64,000 bases of DNA, taken from assembly GCF_009914755.1 (NCBI RefSeq), contig NC_060926.1. One strand, given 5' to 3'. This DNA comes from the human T2T-CHM13v2.0 reference genome, Homo sapiens. The position numbers were made by a program, and so were the translations under genes. The notes below the pieces were generated by a model, which was given only the letters and a program-made list of their open reading frames with translations, was not told the DNA's origin and searched no databases. Shown here piece by piece: positions 26,153 to 39,418 of this stretch (position 1 is its first letter; each line of letters starts with the position of its first letter).

Positions 26153-26470
26153 TGTCACAGTAGGAGTGAAGTGAAAAGCTTCGCCTTTCACCCTCTGAAG
26201 ATTACCCGAAATGAACTGACCATACACAGATTAATAAAAGAAAGGGTATACAAACTTACATAACCTGCAAAAACATGAGAGCTATACACAAAGTATAAGA
26301 CTTGAAGATGGCTCAGATCTGAAATGCTCTCCTCATAGGCAATAGATATATAGACCCAGGATGCAGACATTATTTTGTAAATAATTTCCTTTGGAAGCTG
26401 CATGGGACAGACAAATTACGGGAAGGTGAGAGATGGAACTGCACAGGAAAAAAGTTTGTCTTTGTCACTT
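26153..26470 (-). mobile_element. Possible MER-class ERV LTR fragment
   Basis: CCCTCTGAAGATTACCCGAAATGAACTGACCATACACAGATTAATAAAAGAAAGGGTATACAAAC resembles MER4-group LTRs. Family uncertain. Confidence 0.35.
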
Positions 26471-26515
26471 TAATCTTATCATTACTAGAGAATATTTATG
26501 AATATTTTAGAATAA

Positions 26516-26873
<358 letters not shown>

Positions 26874-26959
26874 ACATATTTCTATACTTCACTGAGGAAG
26901 GGAAGGTGCTAGGAAAATTGGTTAAGAACTATTTTTTAAAAAGCTATTAGTAGTGTTTT

Positions 26960-27110
26960 ATTTTATTTTATTTTTTAATGATTGATTGATTTTTGAGATT
27001 GGGATCTCACTACGTTGCCCAGGCTGGTTTCACATTCCCAAGTTTAAGCAATACCCCTGCCTCAGTCTCCCAAGTAGCTGGGATGACAGGTGTGTGTCAC
27101 CATACCCAGC
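26960..27110 (-). mobile_element. Alu monomer (FLAM-like)
   Basis: TCTCACTACGTTGCCCAGGCTGG...CCCAAGTAGCTGGGATGACAGG. Confidence 0.8.
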
Positions 27111-27281
27111 TCCATTAGTAGCGTTTTTAACAATTGTGGGCCACTGAGTAAGAATAATTTTTTTTAAATTAAAGGTTATTTTTTAAAAAGCACATTTGTA
27201 GAAAATTACTAGCATAATCTGCCTAAAATAAATATACATATTGAAAAAATCTTTGCTCTGAACAAAAAGAAGTATATTCAC

Positions 27282-27343
27282 CACACATACATACATACAC
27301 ACACACACACGCACACACGCACACACGCACACACACACACACA
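27282..27343. repeat. (CA)n/(CATA)n microsatellite
   Basis: Directly visible. Confidence 0.95.
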
Positions 27344-28604
27344 TTATGGAAGATTTCAAGACCAGGCAATAATTTCCACTCAATCCAAAAACAATGCAAT
27401 CCCAGAGCTGAATATTTAGGTGAAAAATATATCAGGAATGGGAGGCATTCAGGTTTAATTTTCATGTTTTGGTAGAGTTAGGATGTGAGTTTTCATTTAA
27501 AAATATTCTTTATTTTTTTTGCTACTATTGTGGTTTCTGTATTGTTACTATACAATCTGTAAACTAAATAGTAAAGGAGAGAAAAGTGATTTTCAAAGAA
27601 GCTGGCTTGGGAACAGGCACTATTCTGGGAAGATGAAAGGTTTCACTTAATGACTGGTACCTGTGCCACTCTGGTTATTTTAACTGTTAACCTTTTAGCA
27701 AGAGGTTTTTCTTTTAAAAGACATCCTTTAATATTTGGGAAGCTAGTGCAATAGTACACATTGAGGCCCACATACCACATGCCAAATATTTAAAAGGCAT
27801 ATTTCTAGCTAACCACTGTACATACATATATTTTTTCTCTTATTTTCTTATTTTAGTTTTTTTCCTTGACAACAATTTATGTCCACACATATCTTCTATC
27901 ATCCCACTTTGACAAGTAATATTATACCTTCAAAATGATGTGGAAGACTAGATTGGAATTTAGAACCGTAGAACCTTGTAATTGTTGGGCCCTTCTGGAG
28001 AACACGACAGAGAAGTTATCTACTGTCTTTGCCCCCAGGGCCCAGGCGACACTTTTACCCTCCATTGTTTCTGAAGTTAAGGGGAGGAGACAATGTTTTG
28101 TTTAGTGACCTCGACAGAAAAAGTGTCCTCCTGCAACCACTCATTTGTTACTTTCCTTCTTCCTGAATTGCCTGGACCCACTCCTCCTCCATTTGACTGG
28201 CTCTGTGCACTGATGTTATAGTCAGGAGATTTTTGGGAATTGTGGCTTCTAAAAATGTACACCCGACTCTACCCATAGCTGGCCCTGTGAACCTACACAC
28301 CTGCTCCACTGTGTCTCCTTCTCAAAGAGACACTCTTCCTGCTGAGGCTCTGCCCTCTGCTCCTAGATCCAAATGGCATCTCCTACCCTATCCCTGTATG
28401 GCTTAACCTAGGGAAACTCTTTCCCAGAGGAGTCAGGTAAGGAGACGGTGGCTGAGCTTCTTACAGACTTAAAGGAGACATCCTGGAATTTAGGAGTCCG
28501 TCCTTCCTTTCTGTAATCCCTGGCAGCTCCTGCTGCTGCTCAAAGTTTAGCTTTGTCTCTCATCCAGCTCAGACTGTTGCTGGTCCTGATGGCCTCTGCT
28601 TAGC

Positions 28605-28747
28605 TGTATTAGTACGTTCTTGCATTGCTATAAAGAAATACATGAGAAATACCCTTAGTTGGCTCACGGTTCCATAGGCTATACAGGAAGCATGGTGGTT
28701 TCTGCTTCCGGGGAGGCCTCAGGAAACTTTTACTCAAGGTGCAGGGC
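28605..28747 (-). mobile_element. MST (MSTA-like) MaLR LTR fragment
   Basis: TGTATTAGTACGTTCTTGCATTGCTATAAAGAAATAC...GGCTCACGGTTCC...ACAGGAAGCATGG...GGGGAGGCCTCAGGAAACTT. Confidence 0.8.
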
Positions 28748-29629
28748 AAAAAAAAAAAAAAAAAAAAAAAAGCTACCAGCACTGCACTGTGAGGCCCTGA
28801 TACCTGAGCTAACTTCATATTATTACCTCTACAGCAAGTGTCCGTGAGAACATAGATATATTTCTTATGTGAGTACACAATTTACAGAAGAGGAACTACC
28901 CTTCCAAACCAAAACAAAATGTCAAAATTTTAATTTACCAGCAAACCTAGGTTGCTTCTGTGAAATGATCTCATTTGCTGAGTTTTAAAATTGACTAAAT
29001 TTCCCAATTTCCAAATGAAAATATTTAGTTATCTTGTCTTGCTATGTGTTTTTGGTTAATATGATGATTAATTTTTGGTCTATTACTTAACATATTCCAT
29101 GATTGTTGATATGGATTATAAGGACTCACAAAATAGTTTTCAGATGTCTTTAATTTTTTTACTTAGTGTAGATCCTATAAATGGATTAGGAGTATTCTAT
29201 TAACTCCCATGTATTCAGAAATCGAATTGGAGTGGTAAATTCTGTTTGAAGTAACAAGGGATATCAAAGGAAAAAAATAATTTTGTGACTATGTCTTCTA
29301 TACGTGAATTTTTCAGGCATCCTTATCAATGGCTTATACTAAAGACATTTTCTGGATCATGGGTGACACACAGAAGACATGCGGATAAGTGGCATTGTGT
29401 ACACTACTGCATTTTATCATCTGGTTCATTTTTAAACTTTTATTTCTCTTACAGATGTTTTATTAACCGGTGCATCACCAGGTTAACAGTCTCTGGAACA
29501 CTAAACTTACCAGAAAATACTTGTTGATTCAATTAACAAGAAAACAACATTAGAAAACAGTGGTGGCTTGTTTTTGTCTGTTGCAGTATCTTGGAGAGTA
29601 AAGCCTAACTCTTTAATTTTGGCCAAAGA

Positions 29630-29721
29630 TATAAAGAAATACCTGAGAAACACCTTTAGTTGGCTCATGGTTCCGTAGGCTATACAGGAAGCATGGTGGT
29701 TTCTGCTTCTGGGGAGTCCTC
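29630..29721 (-). repeat. Second copy of 92 bp of the MST fragment at 28629-28720
   Basis: Manual alignment gives 7 mismatches in 92 bp, with no gaps. Confidence 0.9.
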
Positions 29722-29957
29722 CAACACTTACTGGCAGGGTAATTTTGAAGAAGTCATAATAAGATGGTTGTTACAATTAAATGAAATAATCAAAGTGGAA
29801 GAGCTTAGTTAGCTGTCTTCCCTAAATGAATCACTGGCAAGTAAGAGTGTGATTGATTTTCCTACCAGTCAGGACTCACCCCTTGAAGCTATAGGAGGGT
29901 AAACCTCTGAAGACCATACAATTTAGGGAACACTAACACCTCAAAAAACTCTGTAAA

Positions 29958-30330
29958 CTTCCTTCCTTCCTTTTCTTCCTTCCTTCCTTTCTTCCTTCCT
30001 TCCTCCTTCCCTCCCTCTCTCTTTCTTTCTTTTCTTTCTTTGTTCATTTTTGAGACAGAGTCTTGCTCTGTCATTCAGGCTAGAGTGTAGTGGCTGGATT
30101 ACGGCTCACTGCCGCCTTGACCTCCTGGGCTCAAGCAATCCTCTCACCTCAGCCTCCCTAGTAGCAGGGACTATTGGCATGCTCAGCTAATTTTTTCCTC
30201 CTTTTCTTTTTGTAGAGGCAGGGTCTCATCATGTTGCCCAGGCTGGTCTTGGATTCTTTGGATCAAGCAATCCTGCTGCCTCAGCCTCCCAAAGTGCTGG
30301 ATTACAAGCATGAGCCACTGTGCCCAGCCT
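29958..30330 (-). mobile_element. AluJ with (CCTT)n/(CTTT)n tail-derived microsatellite
   Basis: Pyrimidine tetranucleotide repeats at 29958-30045, then GAGACAGAGTCTTGCTCTGTC...CCACTGTGCCCAGCC. Confidence 0.9.
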
Positions 30331-30588
30331 TAAGTTTTTTCATACAGGAGGAAAGAATTTGGGAAAGTAGGCGTGTGTGTGTGTGTTGGTTAGGGAGCCA
30401 ACACATTTTTCTGCAAAGCTTGAATTCTGTGCCTCAATTTTTCATTTTTGTTACGTGCAAAATAAAATCGTATCCTGCTATAGATTTAAACCTGTGAGCA
30501 GATCCTACTCAAAACCTGATTCAAACTTTGTGTAGATCTTTGTCTCTCTATGGCATAAGAATAAATTCTTCTGGTTTTCTTCCCTCAG

Positions 30589-30992
30589 AAAAATGGACTT
30601 AGACTTCCCACAAGCCTTCCAGAAAGAACTCACCTGCCTCATCTGCCTGAATTACCTCACAGACCCCATCACTATAGGCTGCGGGCACAGTTTCTGTAGG
30701 CCCTGCCTCTGTCTTTGCTGGGAAGAAGCACACACTCCTGCCCTGCGTGCAGGGAACTGTCACAGCAGGAAGATTTCAACCAATATTCTTCTGAAGAATC
30801 TAGTGTCCATTGCCAGAAAAGCCAGTCTCTGGCAATTCCTGAGCTCTAATGAACAAATGTGCGGTATCCACAGGGAGACAAAGATGTTCTGTGATGTGGG
30901 CAAGAGCCTGCTCTGTTTTCTGTGTTCTAACTCTCAGGAACACTGGGGCACAGAAACACTGGCTCACTGAAGGGGCAGCTAAGGAACACTGT
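30589..30992 (+). pseudogene. TRIM43-like pseudogene fragment: first coding exon (RING plus B-box), frameshifted
   Basis: Acceptor TTTTCTTCCCTCAG before 30589, ATG at 30593. [46 protein letters not shown]...[23 protein letters not shown]...[28 protein letters not shown] closely resembles TRIM43. Donor GTAAGT at 30993. Frameshifts give a stop at 30968-30970. Confidence 0.9.
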
Positions 30993-31296
30993 GTAAGTGA
31001 TGACTCAGAGCACTTTGAAAGCTGGAGGGCAGCACAGGTAAAGAGATTAGGAGGAAGATGAAGAGCATGAGGATTAATCTATTCTTTACTGAGTGTCATG
31101 TACTGCCTAGGTATCAGTGATATAACTATTATCCTGCTATCAAATCTACTGATAAGTGGCTTACTTAACTTATATGCACTCACCACAATGCAAGAAATCC
31201 TCTGACTGCTCCTACCATCATGGCCCCTAGCCATGACATGACTTGTCTCCACACTAGCAGAAACTAATCGAGTCCCTATATTAGGGATAAGTGGCA

Positions 31297-31389
31297 TTTA
31301 TATATATATATAATTTTTATATGATATATAAAACATATTTATACAATATATATTATATACATATATACATACATATATATATTATATAC

Positions 31390-31473
<84 letters not shown>
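31297..31473. repeat. (TA)n/(TACA)n microsatellite
   Basis: Directly visible. Confidence 0.95.
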
Positions 31474-31476
<3 letters not shown>

Positions 31477-31538
31477 AATGCCAAAAATGTTTTGTCTTCG
31501 AAATAATCACAGTGCATTTGGAGAGACAAATGCATCTA

Positions 31539-32055
<517 letters not shown>

Positions 32056-32084
32056 TTAAAATAATAGAATACTAGGTTAAAAAA

Positions 32085-32670
32085 TTAGCATCACAGAATG
32101 AAAAATAAGCCACAAATTAGCAGAAGATAATTGTAACACATAAAAACAAAGGATTAAATACAATGGTAATGTAATGATAGCTATTCTTACAAAGTTGTTT
32201 CTATGTCTCAGGTACTATTCTGAACAACATACGTGCATCTTGATTGCGTGAAGAATTCCTATATAAGAAAAACACAAACAACAACATTTAAAATGAGCAA
32301 AAAACCCGAATAGGAATTTCACGGAAGAGAAAACATAAATGGCCCATAAACATAATAAAAGATGCTCAACTACAATTCTAATCAGGGAAATAAACATTAA
32401 AACCCCAAAGAGATACCACTTCATACTCTAGGAAAAACCTAAAAGGCTGTGAATATCTAGTTTCATTGAGGAAGAGCAATGGGAAGACTATTCACTGCTG
32501 GTGAGGGTGTAGATTGGTACAACTGCTTTGGAGAACAGTATGATGCCACTCAATAGAGCTGAACACACACATGCCCAATGACCAAGCAATTCCACTCCAG
32601 GTACATACTGTAAAAATACTCCTGCACATGTAGAATAGGAGACACTGCATAACAAAGTTCACTACAACAT
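32085..32670 (+). mobile_element. Old L1ME/L1M fragment
   Basis: AAAAGATGCTCAACTACAATTCTAATCAGGGAAAT and CACTGCTGGTGAGGGTGTAGATTGGTACAACTGCTTTGG...AGCAATTCCACTCCAGG. Confidence 0.75.
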
Positions 32671-32901
32671 GAGGCCGAGGTGGGAAGATGGCTTGAGACC
32701 AGGAGTTCGAGGCTGCACCAGTAGCTGGGACTATAAGCATGTGTCACCGTGCCTGGCTAATTTTTTGCTGTTGTGGTTGTTGTTAGAGATGAGGTCTTCC
32801 TTTATTGAACAAGCTGGTCTCCAAATCCTGGCTTCAAGTGATCTTCCCACTTCTGCCTCCCAAAGTGCTGGGATTACAGGTGTGAGCCACCATGCCCAGC
32901 C
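32671..32901. mobile_element. Fused Alu fragments in opposite orientation (+ 32671-32717; - about 32721-32901)
   Basis: GAGGCCGAGGTGGGAAGATGGCTTGAGACCAGGAGTTCGAGGCTGCA is joined to GTAGCTGGGACTATAAGC...CCACCATGCCCAGCC. Confidence 0.85.
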
Positions 32902-35365
32902 AAGTTCTGCTTCTTAACCTGAGGTAGATACTTTGATGTTTCATTTTCCTTTATTGTACAGATATACTTTATATTCTCATATGTGACACAAGTCAAAATT
33001 TAAAAAAACAATTTAACATTTATTCCCTTTAGATGAATGATGGGCAAATTTACATAATGAATTCATTACTGAAACAATGTATAGATTTCAGACTAGGAAA
33101 GTAACTATTTATAAAAGAAAAGCTTAAAACCTGAAACAGAAACAAAATCCTGAAACTGTAAAATTGAGTCAAACTAAAATTTAAAAAACAAAGCAATGAT
33201 ATAAAGTATCATTTGTCCAAATGTGTTCTACAAAATGCTTTTTTCTTAAATATGTCTGAGGAAAAACAGGTTCTAGGAGTAAAATATGTTTGAAAAATGC
33301 TGGGTTAAACAACTGAACCTATGAAGGAAGGAACAGAACTTCTCAAGCTCTTGACTCTGGAATCTTTTTTACACGGCAATTAACACCATGCTTCTTCTTG
33401 GATTTGTATTTCAGATAAACACAATCTGGGAAACATTTTATAATACAGAGGGCCACACCAGATTGAATATTGCCCCCAGGAATGAAATGAAAACAGGAAT
33501 GCATTCTCCAGTAAGAGGTACCCAGATATCCTAATCTTCAGTAGCTGACCTAAACCCTGGACAAGTGGGATCAAACCCCATAACCAAATACAACTTTTTA
33601 GGAACTAAGTGGATAATCACTCTGTGTTGTATGAACATGTGGGCAGTGTGTTTCCTACACAGCTTAAAAGTGCAACAAAAAAAGATCTAGGTGTCATATA
33701 GAGAATTTCTACCACAGTTAGGGTAATGGTGGACTGACAGGCAGAGGGTCTTAGATGTGACTTAAGTAAAGTTCAATAGAAGCTTCCAGCACAGATATTC
33801 ATGTTTCGAATTGGACCGCTCAGTTAAAAAGTTTTCCCATTAGACTTCCCCTAATCAAATTAGAAATTATCTAATTTTCTAATAAAGTTTTCCCCAGGCA
33901 CAAGGAATCTGTGAACTGGACCTAAAAAATTCTTCATAATGTGCTTTTATTACCATAAAAGATGCACATTTATTTTAAAAACTTCTCTACACCACTATCA
34001 TAAACCTTTGCACACACTTGTTTCTTTTGGAAGCTAACTTCTGAGTGGTAATGAAATATATTCTTAAGAAAAAAGTCCGACACAATGCCTTTGCGTCTTA
34101 AAATATGTTAAAATATTATTTGAAAAGAGTCAAACATCTGTCTTTTCAGGGTATCACAGGGCGTCAAACTGGAAAATGTGGCACTGCCAGGAGTTTCTAC
34201 CTGGTGAAGGGTGGCAGACTTTTCTCTTCAGAGGGCTCTTGACAGGGTAGCATCCATTATCTTGCCAATTTACCACAACCTAGGCCCAATCCTCAGTCTT
34301 ATAGGTTCAGAAATTTAATTTTATCAGCATCAGTAGGGTAGCTACATTGCTTAGAAGCAAACAAAATTAACCATGCTTCAATAGAAATCAGCATATAGAT
34401 GTATTAATACAGAATGACAAATATAACTGTGACAGAAATAGCAATGCCTGTTTATGGTCATATACGGCCAATACTTTCATTACAGCCAAACTCATACATG
34501 CAGACAAATAAGAGGCCCCTGGATACACAGGGAATCAGAATAAAAAAAGAAGAACTGAACATTTAATAGTCTTCTTTCATTCAATCAATAATTTTTTTTA
34601 GTTAAGCAACTACTATGTCCAGGTAACCTTCTAGGTCCTGGGGATACAGAGGTCTCTGCTTACAGAAGTCATATGTAAGTAGCAGGTGAAGAGTATGTGT
34701 TTCACAGAAGTTTATTACAATATATTAACAAGAGCAAAAAATTTTGGAAGCAATCTAAATGTTCAATAATAGAGCTCCAATTAAATAATAAATCCAAATA
34801 ATGAAAAATAATGCAGCCCTTTAAGAATAAGCACTTGCAAGCCGTAATTCATGACATGGGAAAATTATCATAACGGAAAAAGAAGCAAGCTATATATAGT
34901 GCATGATCCTATACACACACATACACACATACATATTTCCTATCCCTTTATATGCATAAGAAAACAAGCGGGAGGAAAGTCATATCTTTAGTCAAATCTT
35001 GTTTACTAATGTACTATTAATGATTATCTTTTCTTTTTCTTTATACCTTTTTGCATTTTTCAATTTCCTAAAATAGCCTTACATGCCTTTTATCACCAGG
35101 AGAAAAATTACTTCTAAAGTAATTTCAGTCAACATGCATACTAAGAACTCTTCAGATTTATCTGTTAGAAGCTGTGCATGAATGCCAGTCCTTGCATCTG
35201 TCTTGGAACTCACAGAGAGCTCTTTTCCCATGGCTTTAAGCAATACTCAAAAAGACTAGCATACCTGAATTTCCTAGTCCTATGTTTTTTTCATCCAACA
35301 GCCAGTCTTGTATTTCTAGCTGTTTTCTAAACATTTCAACCAAACCATTTTACAGATAACTCATA

Positions 35366-35681
35366 CAGTCATCCTTTGATATGCATGGGGAATTGGTTCC
35401 AGGATCCCCCTTGTATGCCAAAATCCATGGATGCTCAAGTTACTGGTATAAAATAGTGTAGTATTTGCATATAACCTACACACATCCTCCTATATACTTT
35501 AAATCATCTCTAGATTACTTAATAACAATTAATACGATGTAAATGCTATGTAAATAGTTGGTATACCATGTTGTTTTTTATTTGTATCATTTTTTATCAC
35601 TGTATTGTTTTTTCTGACAATTTTGTTCCACAGTTGTTTGAATCAGTGGATGCAGAACCCATGAATATGGAGAGTCAATTG
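35366..35681 (+). mobile_element. MER2 (TcMar-Tigger non-autonomous DNA transposon)
   Basis: TA|CAGTCATCCTTTGATATGCATGGGGAATTGGTTCCAGGATCCCC...TTTAAATCATCTCTAGATTACTT...GGATGCAGAACCCATGAATATGGAGAGTCAATTG, with degenerate TIRs. Confidence 0.9.
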
Positions 35682-35799
35682 CATTTTATTATGCCCAAAG
35701 GTAAATGCATAATTTTTCCGCACAGCTAATCTTCTAGCAACCCCATTGCTGTCCATGGCAAACAGGCTTAGTTAATCTCGCCCTTTCCCGTTTCAGGTT

Positions 35800-36515
35800 C
35801 ATTAAAAAACTCTTGTCAAAATCTCTTTCATCCCACCTTATTCTTCATTCTCACTTCCATCAGCATATCAGTCCAGGCCCTAGTAACATTAATGTTACTA
35901 ATGGCACTGTTAGTAACATTACTTACCAGCATTCAAGTGGGTCTTCCTGATGCCATTCTCTCCCATCCTGAAATCACTGCTCTTTATATAGAACTTGTAT
36001 GATGTCATTCATTGGATCAAAAACTATTAAAGCCTTCCTTTTTCTACCACCCCAATCTAAATTTCTATGCCTGGCTTTTATTAAAACCCAGAATTTGGCC
36101 CCACCCTAGCTATTTAACTTTATTTTCCACTATTCACCAGTCTCCTCCCTCATCAACGAGAAGACATACCATAATCAACCTCACCACTAACGCTTGGAAT
36201 ATCTAAACTTAAAAATGGTCCTTCCTTTCCCCTTTACTTGTGTTTAAAGAACCTGACGAATTATTCCTCCTCTGCTAAACTTTTCACAATTTCTTCAACC
36301 TCATTTATGTTTCAGATTTTCAGAACATATCTTGCCGTTTATTAGGAATCTCACAATTAGGCACTCTCATGTAGATAGATTTACAATCATGTATGTTGTC
36401 ATCTTCTATTAAATTCCATACTCCTTGAAGGCAGGAGCCATGCCTTATTCTGTCCCCCAGAGTACTCAGAATGATGCAGAGCACACAGAAAGTACTCAAA
36501 TCTTGTTGACTGATC
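35800..36515 (+). mobile_element. L2 LINE remnant (3' end)
   Basis: CTCCTTGAAGGCAGGAGCCATGCCTT...GCACACAGAAAGTACTCAAATCTTGTTGACTGA resembles the L2 3' end. Confidence 0.5.
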
Positions 36516-37127
36516 CAGTGAGAAATGACCAACTTCAGTTCCAGCCTCTCTTTAACATGTACATAGCAATTTGGGCAAGTCAAGCTCCATCCTGAAGGAC
36601 ATAATAGGGGACTCTTTAAGCACATTATTATGAAGGCCCTTCAGGGATAACACCAGAGTGATGAGGTGCCCTATACCAGGGATAATGGAGACAGAGTTCT
36701 TGGGATTCATCACTGGGGTCCTCAAAGCATCTTCCAAGGGCATAATAAGGAAGGACTCAAACACCTTTGAATCTCCGTGAGACCAGGCATGAGGTCTTTT
36801 GAAAGAGTTCTTTAACTGGAGTGAATGTCAAAGAGAAGTATAATAAAATAAAAGACCTGAGTAGGGTCCCCCTTGTTCATAAAATGACACTACCTAAATC
36901 ACCAAATCTCACTGAGCCTTGGTTTAACTCAAGAGGTTCCATGCCACTATAAGAGGTGGTAACTGCCAACTGATAGGAAATATTTTCATATGCATAGTCA
37001 CAGTGCCCCATATTTATGAACTTCTTAAGAGTCTTCAAAAAGCTTTCTATATACATTATCCTTTACTTTCTAACTTTTCTAAATACAAGGTGAGAGAGAC
37101 ACAAGTGTTCTATCAAAACAGAATCTT

Positions 37128-37435
<308 letters not shown>

Positions 37436-39418
37436 AAAGACTTTTGCAAGGACCATGTCCCACCCAGAATGGTGCCTGCCTTTCTACAGTTTTTCAGGAA
37501 GAGGAAACATTTTCTGCTTCTCTTGCTGAGGTTTTTTTTAACCACCCATTAGGAACGTAGAGATTTCAGGATCGAACACTGGGATTCCCTCAGCACTAAA
37601 GGAGGAAAATTGCAAACAGAGCTGAAAGTGCAATGTGGAAAGGTCAGGCTGAGGAAGGTTCTTAGCCAGCAGACCAAGGGCAGAAAGGACACTGCCTCCT
37701 CAGTCTCCCACTAGGGAACTTGTGATTCTTGTCCCCTGACCTCAGAATTCCTTGTTATGTTTGTTTTGTCTCCAAGGGAAGGGTTTGAATTACAGAATTT
37801 AAGGCTAGAGTGGGCCTCCTGCAGTTAACATTAACCCTCTCTCTCCTTCACTGGCCGAGCTGAAGTCTGGGACCATGTAGTTCTGACGTCCGCTCTCTCG
37901 GGGGATCACCAGTTCACCCACCTCACCCGGCAAGCTGGGCCCTAGTTTGGCAACAGGCATCTTCCACCCACCTGGGAGGCAGGGTTCAACACTCTGCCTC
38001 TGACCTTTTTTCCTTCCTCTGCCACCGGCTTAGGCAGCCAGAAGGGGTTGTCCAGCCAGCACCCGGGCTTTGGTGCTCCTCAAGCAGGTGGGGGAAGTTT
38101 CAGGCACCTGGCTCCTCAGGTGTCTGCCATCCAGCTGCTCTTCAGGCCTGCCCAGCAGAGCTCTCTTGACCCAGCTAGAACTGGCCAGAACTGACTCACT
38201 CAGGAATGTGTAGACTTTGGCATCAGGGGCTGCTTTAATTTGCACAATTTCCAAATACCTCTTTTTTCTTCTTTTTCTGATGAGTCATCTCCCTAGACTT
38301 CCATTTTAAAGAGATAGATAGTTATCAGGTTCCAGAGAAGACATGGTAGAACATTTATATCTCAAAGACACAGAGCTGAGACTTCAGGTTTAGATACTAT
38401 AATTTGCCTAAACCAAAAAGGAAGGTGTAGGTAAAGTTCTAGTCAAGACAGGATGGCCAGGAAAAACACCTTAAACCAAGGGATGGCTTGCTTTGCTGAT
38501 TTAAGCCAATGGCTTCTTTATCATAAGACTTCCCAGTGATTTAGTCCTCCCTCTCTTCCAGTGCACAGAGACATACCCCTCCTTATGAATAAAAATGTTC
38601 TTTATAGATGTAAATTTATTTTACAAAAATGTTTCAAAATAACCAGATCAAAATCATCCTTATGCCAGAAAGACTTTTTTTTTTTTATTACTAGAAATGA
38701 AACAGTAAGTATTTGTTGTATTGACATACTTAGGCTTAGACCTATGTTTAACAAGAAAGCCTAATAATAGCACTGTGGTTAGACTGTAGCCTATTTTTCC
38801 AAACCATCATTTTATTATTAAGGAAAGAAAGGATCAAATACCTTTCATTCATCTGATATGATCCTTTAAAACACATTCCACTAATAAGTCCCATTTGGAA
38901 CAGCTGAAAATCTTTTAACAAAACTTTTTAAAGATGAGCTCATGGCTTAGTGTAAATTTCACAAGCTTAATTAGGTCAAATGGAAGGAACTCAGATGAGT
39001 AGTTGCCCAATCAGAGCCCATTATTTGTAAGTCATCAGCCCCCTTCATGACCTTAAAACTCCACTCTGACCTAAATATTGCAAACCTATATACAACAAAG
39101 TGAAAGGTTTAATTTTCATTCATCAACCTCTCAATCCCAGATTTTCAAAGAAAAAACCTATGTAAGGAATACTTACCAAAACCAGACAGGAAAATTAGAG
39201 CCTGCATACTTAAGAGTCAAATTTGTTCCACTACAGCCAGGTCACATACAATTACATGATTTGGTTCTTCATACACTCTGGAACTGACCAGGACAGAGTT
39301 TAGCATAGAAAAACTGTAAGAAATAGGTTCCAAAACATAGAAATTGCAAAGTCCAAAAGGCTATGAAAAAAACTAATGTAAATGAGAGACTCCCCTCCCT
39401 TTGTTTTAAAGAAATAGA

